Positions 44,543 through 52,266 of a DNA stretch of 64,000 nucleotides are shown here, piece by piece; position 1 is the stretch's first letter; each line of letters opens with the position of its first letter. Under the pieces are notes generated by a model. The model had not been told where the DNA came from. It made no database searches and saw only the letters and a program-made list of their open reading frames with translations. The stretch lies in NCBI GenBank assembly GCA_964446945.1, contig CAYUQO010000012.1, positions 20,194-84,193 of the forward strand, written 5' to 3'. The translations under genes were made by a program, and so were the position numbers. The DNA is from an uncultured Bordetella sp. Its GTDB lineage: Bacteria > Pseudomonadota > Alphaproteobacteria > Micropepsales > Micropepsaceae.

Positions 44543-45382
44543 TCAGAAATCCGCTGTCATGGCGGTCGGCAGCGGATCGAGATCGAAATTGAAATAGTTG
44601 TAGTTGCCCTCGATGCAGGTCGATTCCTGCATTGGTCCAACTTCGATCCGCCGGTAAATCTGCTGTGCGCTCCAGGGCACGGTGAATGCGCCCGGATCCT
44701 CCACTGTCACCGTGACTTCGATTCGGGTGTCGACGTTGGTGAGTTTGAAACGTTCGACGACATGTAGTTTGTCGGTGTGTGGCGTTCGATAATTGTCGAC
44801 AAAAGTGCGCGTGTTCAGACCGATGGTATCCACCACCAGAGTGTCGCCATTTTCGTAATGGCCGATCGATTCGCCGAACCAGGACGGCTTCGGATTGGGC
44901 GAGTGTTTGTCGGCGAGGTAAATGTGCCGGACCATGTGGTCGGCCTGCCACGTCATCACCACTTCTTTCGGGGTCTGCACGATATAGACCGGTTGCGCCG
45001 GATAAAGCAGGAAACTAGGAACACCGAGCGGCCAGCAGCGCACCTGTGGCGGGAAATTGTCACCTTTGCCGGAGAGTGTGCGCTCATTGACTTTGCGCAG
45101 GGCTTCTTTCACCCACGGCTGCAGGATCGGGTTATTGATATCCGCAACCCGCAGCGTCGGCTGCCGCCCGCGGTTGTTGTTCAGCACATAAGGATGTGCC
45201 GGATCGGGCGTCACCGGATGCGGACCCGAAGGCATGGCGATGAATTCCGTCCCCCGGGCAATCCACCCCACAGTCGGATCGTCATCCGAAAAATCGGGAA
45301 TTTTCTGCTGAGCGGCCGCGCTGAGCAGTGGCGCTGCACACAATCCAAACACAAGACCTGCGCGCGCCGCTACCTTCAGCAT
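44543..45382 (-). CDS. Exported protein, tandem paralog family member P4
   Basis: ATG 45382 (MLKVAARAGLVFGLCAAPLLSAAA) lies 17 nt after the P5 stop, with GAGG upstream. Motifs KIPDFSDDDPTVGW, RCWPLGVPSF, KPSWFGESIGHYENGDTLVVDTIGLN, TCIEGN; ends PLPTAMTADF. Confidence 0.85.
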   Translation of the reverse strand: MLKVAARAGLVFGLCAAPLLSAAAQQKIPDFSDDDPTVGWIARGTEFIAMPSGPHPVTPDPAHPYVLNNNRGRQPTLRVADINNPILQPWVKEALRKVNERTLSGKGDNFPPQVRCWPLGVPSFLLYPAQPVYIVQTPKEVVMTWQADHMVRHIYLADKHSPNPKPSWFGESIGHYENGDTLVVDTIGLNTRTFVDNYRTPHTDKLHVVERFKLTNVDTRIEVTVTVEDPGAFTVPWSAQQIYRRIEVGPMQESTCIEGNYNYFNFDLDPLPTAMTADF

Positions 45383-45399
45383 TTCTCGTTCCTCGTGAT

Positions 45400-46236
45400 T
45401 CAAAAATCGGCTTTTGCCGCAACCGGAATCGGCTCCGCCTGCTGCGCAAAGGGATTGTTCATTTCCCCGTCCGCGCAGCGCGATTCCGTCATCGGCCCCT
45501 GCACCTTGCGCCATTGATGCACCACGTGAAGCGGCTGCTTCAGTGCACCGGGATCTTCAATCGTGATGTCGGCCTGCAGCTTCTCGCCGCCTTCGATCAG
45601 GTGAAATCGTTCCATCACATGCAATCTGTCACTGTGCGGCGTGCGATAATTGTCGATGAAGGTCTGCGTGTTCTGGCCGACGGTATCGACCACCAGCCCG
45701 TCGCCTTCGTAATGCCCCACGGATTCGCCGTACCAGGACGGCTTCGGCGCGCTCGAGTGCGGCACATCGAGATAGATGTGGCGGACCTGCTGATCCATTT
45801 GCCACATCATGGTGATCTTCTTCGGCTCCTGCAGGATGAAAGTCGGCTGCGCCGGATTGAGCAGATAGGTGGGAACGCCGGTCATCCAGCAGCGCGACTC
45901 GCGCGCATACATGGCAAATCCGGCCAGCACCATGTCGTTGGAGCGCTTCAGTCCCTCACGGGCAAATTCCGTGAGATTTGGATTGTTGGTGTCGGCCACC
46001 CGGAACGTCGGCTGCGTGCCCGAGCCGTTCGGAACATACCGGTGCGCCGGATCATAAGTGACCGGCTGCGGGCCGCCGGGCACCCCGACATAATCGGTGC
46101 CGATCGACACCCATCCGGCATTGCCGGCGGAAAAATCCGGATGGGCTGCATTTTGAGCATCCGCGCCCGCGGCCCAGGTCAGCGCCAGGGCCGCCGCAAC
46201 CGGCACTGCATGTCTCGCCTGCTCAATTAATGACAT
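45400..46236 (-). CDS. Exported protein, tandem paralog family member P5
   Basis: 278 aa with GGGGAGG Shine-Dalgarno. Motifs HPDFSAGNAGW, RCWMTGVPT, KPSWYGESVGHYEGDGLVVDTVGQN, RCADG; ends PIPVAAKADF. Confidence 0.85.
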   Translation of the reverse strand: MSLIEQARHAVPVAAALALTWAAGADAQNAAHPDFSAGNAGWVSIGTDYVGVPGGPQPVTYDPAHRYVPNGSGTQPTFRVADTNNPNLTEFAREGLKRSNDMVLAGFAMYARESRCWMTGVPTYLLNPAQPTFILQEPKKITMMWQMDQQVRHIYLDVPHSSAPKPSWYGESVGHYEGDGLVVDTVGQNTQTFIDNYRTPHSDRLHVMERFHLIEGGEKLQADITIEDPGALKQPLHVVHQWRKVQGPMTESRCADGEMNNPFAQQAEPIPVAAKADF

Positions 46237-46273
46237 TGGATTCCTCCCCGAATCACAATGCCGCAGCTCGTCC

Positions 46274-47230
46274 TCAGAAGTCTGGTCTATTCGCCTGCGG
46301 AATTGGAAACAGCTTTTGGTGAAAGAAGATCGCGTCGTTGTTGTTCTCGGAGCACACGGTCTCGATCAGCGGATTCCGCACCTTGTGCCAGGTCTGCATC
46401 ATGTGGATCGGCTCGTTGAACGTATCCGGGTCATCCACGCTCACCACGGCGCGTAGCGTTTTGCCGTCGGGTGAAATCGTGAACCGCTCGACGACATGTT
46501 CTTTCAGCGAATGCGGCGTGCGGAAATTGTCGATGTAATTGTTCTTGGTCACCATGCCGATGGTATCGACCACCAGCGTGTCGTTGCCTTCGTAATGGCC
46601 GATGGATTCGCCGAATGACTGCGGATTGAGATTGGGCGAGTGTTTATCGGTCAGATAGATGCGGCGAACCATATGGTCGCGCTGCCAGATCATCCACACT
46701 TCCCTGGGCGTCTGAATAAAGTAAGCGGGCTCGGCCGGATACAGATCCTGCCCCGGTACCCCTCCCGGCCAGCAGCGCGCCTGCGCCGCAAACGGCACGT
46801 CGAGTTTGCCGGACAGCGCCTCGTCATTGCTCGCTTTCATGAATTCCGCCGCCCAGGGCTTGAGCACCGGATCGCGATAATCGCCGATGCGCAATGTCGG
46901 TTGCTTTCCTTGCCGGATCGCATCGACATTGCCGAGGAACGGATGGTCGGGATCATTCTTGATCCGCCCGTGGCCCACTGTTCCCGCCGGAGGGTCCATC
47001 CAGTCGGCGCCATCGGACAGCCAGGCAAACTGGATTGAAGCCAGGTTGGGAATGCCGTTTTTCGTGACGGAATAGTCGAGATCGGCGGGTTGCGAGCGGT
47101 CGACCAGATCCGCCTCGCGTGGGCGCTGGTTTTGGGCCGACGATGCCGGCGACAAGGCCAGCACCGCGAAACTCGCACCAACAATCGCGCATTTGACGCA
47201 GGATGAAATCACATCATGGGAAGCCGGCAT
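46274..47230 (-). CDS. Exported protein, tandem paralog family member P6
   Basis: ATG 47230 is preceded by GGAG, 22 nt after the P7 stop. Longer N-terminal region. Motifs RCWPGGVPGQ, QSFGESIGHYEGNDTLVVDTIGM, DNFRTPHSLKEHVVERF, VCSEN; ends PIPQANRPDF. Confidence 0.85.
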   Translation of the reverse strand: MPASHDVISSCVKCAIVGASFAVLALSPASSAQNQRPREADLVDRSQPADLDYSVTKNGIPNLASIQFAWLSDGADWMDPPAGTVGHGRIKNDPDHPFLGNVDAIRQGKQPTLRIGDYRDPVLKPWAAEFMKASNDEALSGKLDVPFAAQARCWPGGVPGQDLYPAEPAYFIQTPREVWMIWQRDHMVRRIYLTDKHSPNLNPQSFGESIGHYEGNDTLVVDTIGMVTKNNYIDNFRTPHSLKEHVVERFTISPDGKTLRAVVSVDDPDTFNEPIHMMQTWHKVRNPLIETVCSENNNDAIFFHQKLFPIPQANRPDF

Positions 47231-47252
47231 TCGTTTCTCCAGGGGGCGTGGT

Positions 47253-48125
47253 TCAGAAGTCGGATGTTTTCGCTTCAGGCAGCGGAAACAGATTCTGGCG
47301 GAAAAAATCATCATTGTTTTCGGCGCACACCGTCTCCGCCATGGGCTCGTTCACCTTGAACCAGCGCTGCTGCATGGTCAGCGGCTCGTTGAACGTCCCG
47401 GGATCGTCCACCGTCGCAATGGCGGTCAAATTCTTGCCATCCGGACTGATCGTGAACCGCTCCACGACGTGGAGGTCTTCCGTGTGCGGCGTGCGGAAAT
47501 TATCGATATAGCTGTTCTTCGCCGAAAGCCCGATCGTATCGACAACAAGAGTATTGCCGTTTTCATAATGGCCGATGGATTCGCCGAACCATGACGGCTT
47601 CACGTTCGGCGAATGTATGCCGGTCAGGAATACGCGCCGCACCATGTGGTCGCGTTGCCAGATCATCCACACTTCCTTCGGCGTCTGGACGAAATAGAGA
47701 GGCTCGAACGGAAACAGCAGTTGCCCCGGAACTCCGCCCGGCCAGCAGCGCGCCTGCGCTGCAAACGGCACCTGCCGGATACCCTTCAGCGCTTCCTCGT
47801 TGGAATCGGCCATGACTTTCGCCGCCCACGGCTTGAGCACGGGATCCTTGCTGTTGCCGATGCGCAGCGTCGGTTGCGCGCCAGCCCTTCCGGCATCCGC
47901 ATTGCTCAGGAATGGATGCGCCGGATCGTCCGTGATCGGCCCGTGCCCATGCCCCGGGGGCGGCGCCTGCCAGTCCGCGACGTTGGTTTGCCAGCCAAAA
48001 TCGGGGGAAGCGAATTTGGGAATGGCTGTCGAATCGCCGGGTTCGCCGGATGCAATGCCGGCAGTCACCAGAACTCCGCCCAGGATAAGGATCGGCAGCA
48101 AAGACAATTTCGGCAGTGGTTTCAT
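47253..48125 (-). CDS. Exported protein, tandem paralog family member P7
   Basis: ATG 48125 gives MKPLPKLSLLPILILGGVLVTAGIASG. Motifs SPDFGW, RCWPGGVPGQ, KPSWFGESIGHYENGNTLVVDTIGLS, VCAEN; ends PLPEAKTSDF. Closest paralog is P6. Confidence 0.85.
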   Translation of the reverse strand: MKPLPKLSLLPILILGGVLVTAGIASGEPGDSTAIPKFASPDFGWQTNVADWQAPPPGHGHGPITDDPAHPFLSNADAGRAGAQPTLRIGNSKDPVLKPWAAKVMADSNEEALKGIRQVPFAAQARCWPGGVPGQLLFPFEPLYFVQTPKEVWMIWQRDHMVRRVFLTGIHSPNVKPSWFGESIGHYENGNTLVVDTIGLSAKNSYIDNFRTPHTEDLHVVERFTISPDGKNLTAIATVDDPGTFNEPLTMQQRWFKVNEPMAETVCAENNDDFFRQNLFPLPEAKTSDF

Positions 48126-48331
48126 GCGACGGCGCCTCGCGATTGGTGCTATCCGCAACCTGATGGTAAGTAAATTTTAAGGTGAATGGGAGCGCGCGGC
48201 AATCACCTAAGCACCGGTCATCCACGGGGTTGCGCCGTTCCCCGGCAAAAAATACTATTTGAGTTCAGAGCTGTAACCCGCCGGCTGCGACTTTGCCGTG
48301 GCCGGAGATTTTGTTTGCGAGGCCGGAAGCG

Positions 48332-48535
48332 ATGGAATGGAACGCCAAACTTGATTGGGCGGAAGAAGTTTACACGCTGCTGGTCGTCCTGCCGGTGCCG
48401 ATCGTTGCGGTTGCCATTCTATGGTCCATCGCGCCCTGGCTCCATCGGCGCAGCTTCTTGCGCAAGCAATCGGAGCAGGCGGTCCCCGCAGTGGAGATCG
48501 AAGTCAGTGGAACACCGGCGGCCGAAAGAACGTAA
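48332..48535 (+). CDS. Hypothetical 67-aa single-TM protein on the opposite strand, inside the array gap
   Basis: MEWNAKLDWAEEVYTLLVVLPVPIVAVAILWSIAPWLHRRSFLRKQ... One TM helix followed by a basic stretch. Its 3' end overlaps the convergent membrane-protein gene by 32 nt. Weak Shine-Dalgarno. Confidence 0.3.
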   Translation: MEWNAKLDWAEEVYTLLVVLPVPIVAVAILWSIAPWLHRRSFLRKQSEQAVPAVEIEVSGTPAAERT

Positions 48536-49025
48536 TCAGCCGCCCGCATATCAATACCGCAATCCAGCACGACAGTGACGTTCCGGCGATGATTTTGGCG
48601 CGCAATGGCGCGTCATCTCCGGGTTCGAGCCGCTGCACCGCGGCATAGGCCGGTGTGGCATAGAACAGCGCCGCATTGACGCCCGCGATCATCACGAATG
48701 TCACCAGAAGCTGGAACGACGGATTGTAGAAATACTGTTCGGGAAAACCGAAAAAGAACACCACACCCGTTGTCAGATTGACCAGAAAGCCGGCGATGCC
48801 GAACGGGATCAGGCGATGCAGCTTGGCCGGTGCGATCTGCCGGCCCATGCCGAGCACGCGCAAGTCGAACAATCCGACCGTACCGAGCAACAGTGAAAAG
48901 CCGAGATAATGAATCGACTGAAGCGCCGGCCACAGCCACTGACCGTGCGCAGAAATGAAATGGTGCAACCCGCTGGCGCGTATCCACTGCTCCCACGGCT
49001 CCGGATTTAGTGGTTCGGTGAACAT
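48504..49025 (-). CDS. Polytopic membrane protein M1 (173 aa), embedded in the paralog array
   Basis: Four or five hydrophobic helices and a C-terminal CWIAVLICGRLITFF motif shared with the neighbouring M2. No family recognised by eye. Confidence 0.75.
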   Translation of the reverse strand: MFTEPLNPEPWEQWIRASGLHHFISAHGQWLWPALQSIHYLGFSLLLGTVGLFDLRVLGMGRQIAPAKLHRLIPFGIAGFLVNLTTGVVFFFGFPEQYFYNPSFQLLVTFVMIAGVNAALFYATPAYAAVQRLEPGDDAPLRAKIIAGTSLSCWIAVLICGRLITFFRPPVFH

Positions 49026-49028
49026 CGC

Positions 49029-49544
49029 CTAAAAACCACCCGGGACGCCGACCAGCAGCCATTTATAGGTGTAGGCGAGCAGCCGTCCGGCGATCAGCAC
49101 TCCCGCCCAGCAGGCGAGCGACAGAATTGCAAGAATTTGGGAATTCGCCACGATCGCGTGTCGCGCGGGAATCTGCCAGGGCGGCGCCCGCAAGACGCCG
49201 TCCCTGATCCGGACTGCGAGATAGACCCCGCACGCCACCAGCGACAGCTTCACGTAGAACAGGGGATTGGTGAACGCCTTGTAGGGATAGGCGTCGAGCA
49301 GCAACAATCCCGATGCGATATTCAGCGCCAGCGCCGCCCACAGCACCGGATAGAAGCGCTCGAACAGCGCCGCCGGAACGCCGCGCGCGACGCCCAGCAG
49401 CCGGAATGCCACCGCGGCGCCGGTGCCGGCGATAAAACCGGCGCCGAGAACATGTGCGGTCAGAATCAACGGGAAAGCGAATGAGCCGCCGCGAATGAAC
49501 TGACTCAGATCGGTATGCTCAAGCCAGCCGAAAAACCCCTCCAC
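49029..49544 (-). CDS. Polytopic membrane protein M2 (171 aa), distant paralog of M1
   Basis: GTG start with strong AAGGAGG 10 nt upstream. Motifs NPLFYVKL and CWAGVLIAGRLLAYT parallel M1 (NPSFQLLV / CWIAVLICGRLITFF). The stop is 3 nt before the M1 ATG. Confidence 0.75.
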   Translation of the reverse strand: MEGFFGWLEHTDLSQFIRGGSFAFPLILTAHVLGAGFIAGTGAAVAFRLLGVARGVPAALFERFYPVLWAALALNIASGLLLLDAYPYKAFTNPLFYVKLSLVACGVYLAVRIRDGVLRAPPWQIPARHAIVANSQILAILSLACWAGVLIAGRLLAYTYKWLLVGVPGGF

Positions 49545-49562
49545 GGCGCGGTGTCCTCCTTA

Positions 49563-49662
49563 AGCGCAATCCGCCGAAGTGTGAGCGGTTCAGCGGCCAT
49601 TTGCGCGACAATTAAAGAATCTAGAGCGTGATCCGATTCGATTTAATCGGATCATGCTCTAG
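49563..49662. repeat. ~100-bp intergenic repeat, copy A (conserved 5' block plus 18-bp-stem hairpin at 49621-49662)
   Basis: AGCGCAATCCGCCGAAGTGTGAGCGGTTC...TTGCGCGACAAT...CTAGAGCGTGATCCGATT-CGATTT-AATCGGATCATGCTCTAG. Second copy at 53175..53275. The hairpin contains the TAG stop of P8. Confidence 0.85.
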
Positions 49663-50492
49663 AAATCCCGTTTCTTCGCTTCAGGAATTGGCAAAAAGCC
49701 CTGGCCGAAGAAATCCGTGTTGTTTTCGGCGCAAACCGCTTCCTCCATGGTGTCGTGCGGCGCGCGCCGGAAAATCTGGCGCGCCGTCCATGGCATCTTG
49801 AATGCGCCGGGGTCGTCCACCGTGACCGTCAACTCCAGACGCTTGCCGGATGAGTCGGGATGAAATCGCTCGACCACATGCAGCGATTTCGTGTGCGGGG
49901 TCAGGTAATTGTCGACGTAGGTCTTGTCGTTCAAGCCGATAGTGTCGATGACGAGATCGCCATTCTCATAATGGCCGACCGATTCTCCGTACCATGAAGG
50001 TTTCGGATTCCGCGAATGCGGCACATTCATGAACACGTGGCGATACTGCGCATCACCTTCGTTCATGATCACGACTTCATTCGGCCGCTGCAGGAAATAA
50101 ACCGGGCGCAATCGCGAGAATACGTCATAACCGGGCACGCCCGCCGGCCAGCAAGTCTCGCGCGGAGAAAACGGCACATGGCCGGAAAGCGAATTGGCAT
50201 TCGCCTTTTGCAGGCGGTCTCGAACCCAGGGCTGGAGAATCGGATTGTTCAGATTGGCCACCCGCCAGGTCGCCTGTTTGCCGCTCTGGTTGCTGTAATA
50301 GGGATGGGCCGGATCCGAAACCACGGGACCCGGACCCGAAGTGGGCGGCTGGAAGTCGTCGCTCACCGGAAACCAGCCGGTATCGGCGTGGGACAGATCC
50401 GGGATTTTTGACGCTGAATCCGCATTCGCGCTCGGGCTGACGCAGGCGCATGACGCCGCGACGAAAAAAAATCCATACACTGACAATCGCAT
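49659..50492 (-). CDS. Exported protein, tandem paralog family member P8
   Basis: ATG 50492 overlaps the P9 stop (TAATG). MRLSVYGFFFVAASCACVSPSANA. Motifs KIPDLSHADTGW, TSGPGPV, TCWPAGVPG, KPSWYGESVGHYENGDLVIDTIGLN, VCAEN; ends PIPEAKKRDF. The upstream 193 codons of the 470-aa track ORF were rejected. Confidence 0.85.
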   Translation of the reverse strand: MRLSVYGFFFVAASCACVSPSANADSASKIPDLSHADTGWFPVSDDFQPPTSGPGPVVSDPAHPYYSNQSGKQATWRVANLNNPILQPWVRDRLQKANANSLSGHVPFSPRETCWPAGVPGYDVFSRLRPVYFLQRPNEVVIMNEGDAQYRHVFMNVPHSRNPKPSWYGESVGHYENGDLVIDTIGLNDKTYVDNYLTPHTKSLHVVERFHPDSSGKRLELTVTVDDPGAFKMPWTARQIFRRAPHDTMEEAVCAENNTDFFGQGFLPIPEAKKRDF

Positions 50493-51367
50493 TAAAAATC
50501 GGGCCTTTCTGCAATAGGTACCGTGGCTGTCGCGCCGGCGTAATAATCGGCGGTATTTTCGGGGCAGGCAATCTCTCCCCACTCCATAACTGACGACCGC
50601 CGGTACGCGACGGCGCTGCTCCAGCTGCGGGTGAAGGCTCCGGCATCGTCGACCGTGAACTCCACTTGCAGGCCCTTTCCACGGTAGTCGAAGTCGACAT
50701 AAACCGGTTCGGTCGTCGGCCGGCCATATTCGTGCTCGCTTCGCTCCTGCTCCTGCTTCGCCGCCTCGCCATCGATCAGCCGGTAGCGTTCGACCACGTG
50801 CAGCGCGGGCGTGTGCGGTGTCCCATACATGTCGATCAGCGAACCGGGCCGGGTCTTGATCCCGACCGTGTCGATGACCAGCGTGTCCCCTTCGTAATGG
50901 CCGACGGAGTCGCCATTCCATGACGGCACCACGTTTGCCGGATGGCTCGCATTCAACCGCACCTGCCGGAACTGGTGATCCTGAATATAAAGGATGGTGA
51001 TGCGATCCTTCTCCTGCAGCATCTGCATCTGCGCGATCCGCAAGACATAGGGCGGCGGCAGCGGCCGGCACTCATTCGAAAGATCGGGATAGGATTTGCC
51101 CGCGAGCGAAATCGCGCCGTGCTGTTTGACAATGTTCGCGGCCCAGGGTTGCAGAATGGGATTGTTGTAGTCGCCCACCAGCTTGAATGCGTCGCTGGTG
51201 CCGTTGGGCCGGCGTGCAAGATTCTTGAGCGGCCCTGGTCCGCTCCCGCCGAGATCATAGCCAAAGGTCGTCCGCGCCCAGATTCCGGAAAAATCCGGAG
51301 CAGCATCGGCTCCGGAGGGTGCAGCCAGGCACAGCGCCAATAATGAGACTGCCGCGCCTGCGCGCAT
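50492..51367 (-). CDS. Exported protein, tandem paralog family member P9 (PDFSG-W subfamily)
   Basis: 291 aa. Signal peptide then APDFSGIWARTTFGY, GSGPGPL, ECRPLPPPY, VPSWNGDSVGHYEGDTLVIDTVGI, TPHTPALHVVERY, ACPEN; ends VPIAERPDF. Confidence 0.85.
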   Translation of the reverse strand: MRAGAAVSLLALCLAAPSGADAAPDFSGIWARTTFGYDLGGSGPGPLKNLARRPNGTSDAFKLVGDYNNPILQPWAANIVKQHGAISLAGKSYPDLSNECRPLPPPYVLRIAQMQMLQEKDRITILYIQDHQFRQVRLNASHPANVVPSWNGDSVGHYEGDTLVIDTVGIKTRPGSLIDMYGTPHTPALHVVERYRLIDGEAAKQEQERSEHEYGRPTTEPVYVDFDYRGKGLQVEFTVDDAGAFTRSWSSAVAYRRSSVMEWGEIACPENTADYYAGATATVPIAERPDF

Positions 51368-51368
51368 G

Positions 51369-52232
51369 TCAGAATTCCGGCCGGTCGGCGCGGGGAATAT
51401 CGGTCAACCCGCCGCTGTAATATTCATAGGCGTTTTCGGCGCAGACATTTTCCACCCAGCCGCCGGCACGCCGCCAGGTGACGACCGCCGACCAGGGCTT
51501 TTTGAACACGTTCTTGTCTTCGACCGTGAACTCGATCTGGAGCCCCTTGCCTTTATACCCTTCATCGACCTCGGCAGCCTGTTCGGTCGCGACCGGCCCC
51601 GCTTCGCGGATATTTTTGTCCTGCGCCGCTTTTGCCACGGCGTAATCGACCGACCGGTAACGCTCGACGACGTGCAATGCGTCGGTGTAGGGCGAGCCAT
51701 ACATATCGAGCACGGGTTCGCGCGCAACTCTCGCGCCAATCGTGTCGACGACCAGCGTGTCACCTTCGTAATGCCCAACCGAATCTCCATACCACGAGGG
51801 TGTGACCTTCGCCGGATGCGTGGAATTCAGCCTGACGCGGCGGACCTGATGATCCTGCATGAAGACGAAAACGATTTCGTCCTTCTTCTGCAGCATCTGC
51901 ATCTCCTGGACGCGGAAGATGTAGGGGGAGACCATCGGCCAGCAATTCAGCGACGGGTTCGGATAGTCTCGGCCGCTGCGCAAAATTTCGCTGCGCTGCT
52001 TCACGATTGCCGCAGCCGACGGTGTCAGGTTCGGGCTTTCGAAATTGCCGCCGACATTCGATTGATTGTGATACCGGCCGATCGGTCCCTGGCCGCTTGC
52101 AGGCCGCTCATATCCGAAAGTCAGGCGCGCCCAGGCGCCGGAAAAGTCCGGCGCAGATGCCGGTTGCGCGGCCTCCGAAGGCAGTGCGGACACCGCCAGA
52201 GTGAGGCCGATGATCGTGCTTGCTACCCTCAT
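51369..52232 (-). CDS. Exported protein, tandem paralog family member P10 (PDFSG-W subfamily)
   Basis: ATG 52232 is preceded by GGGAGG. Motifs MRVASTIIGLTLAVSALPSEA, APDFSGAWARLTFGY, NCWPMVSPY, TPSWYGDSVGHYEGDTLVVDTIGA, VCAEN; ends IPRADRPEF. The stop is 1 nt before the P9 ATG. Confidence 0.85.
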   Translation of the reverse strand: MRVASTIIGLTLAVSALPSEAAQPASAPDFSGAWARLTFGYERPASGQGPIGRYHNQSNVGGNFESPNLTPSAAAIVKQRSEILRSGRDYPNPSLNCWPMVSPYIFRVQEMQMLQKKDEIVFVFMQDHQVRRVRLNSTHPAKVTPSWYGDSVGHYEGDTLVVDTIGARVAREPVLDMYGSPYTDALHVVERYRSVDYAVAKAAQDKNIREAGPVATEQAAEVDEGYKGKGLQIEFTVEDKNVFKKPWSAVVTWRRAGGWVENVCAENAYEYYSGGLTDIPRADRPEF

Positions 52233-52266
52233 CACAACGCCTCCCTGAAGGAATTGCGAAACCGTT

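Noticed and set aside
44777-46230. Long plus-strand ORFs (246 and 300 aa) antisense to the paralog array. Similar ones lie at 51366..52316 and 53422..54792.
   Set aside because: They are mirror-frame ORFs typical of high-GC DNA. They have Arg/Gly/His-rich low-complexity translations, no ribosome-binding sites and no family motifs, and they fully overlap strongly supported minus-strand genes.
49659-51071. Full 470-aa track ORF, and similarly the N-terminal extensions of ORFs 41882..42958, 44543..45514, 46274..47314, 51369..52442 and 52267..53223.
   Set aside because: The upstream portions overlap the preceding paralog in another frame and translate to Arg/Pro-rich sequence. Internal starts with ribosome-binding sites give signal peptides and gene lengths matching the rest of the family.
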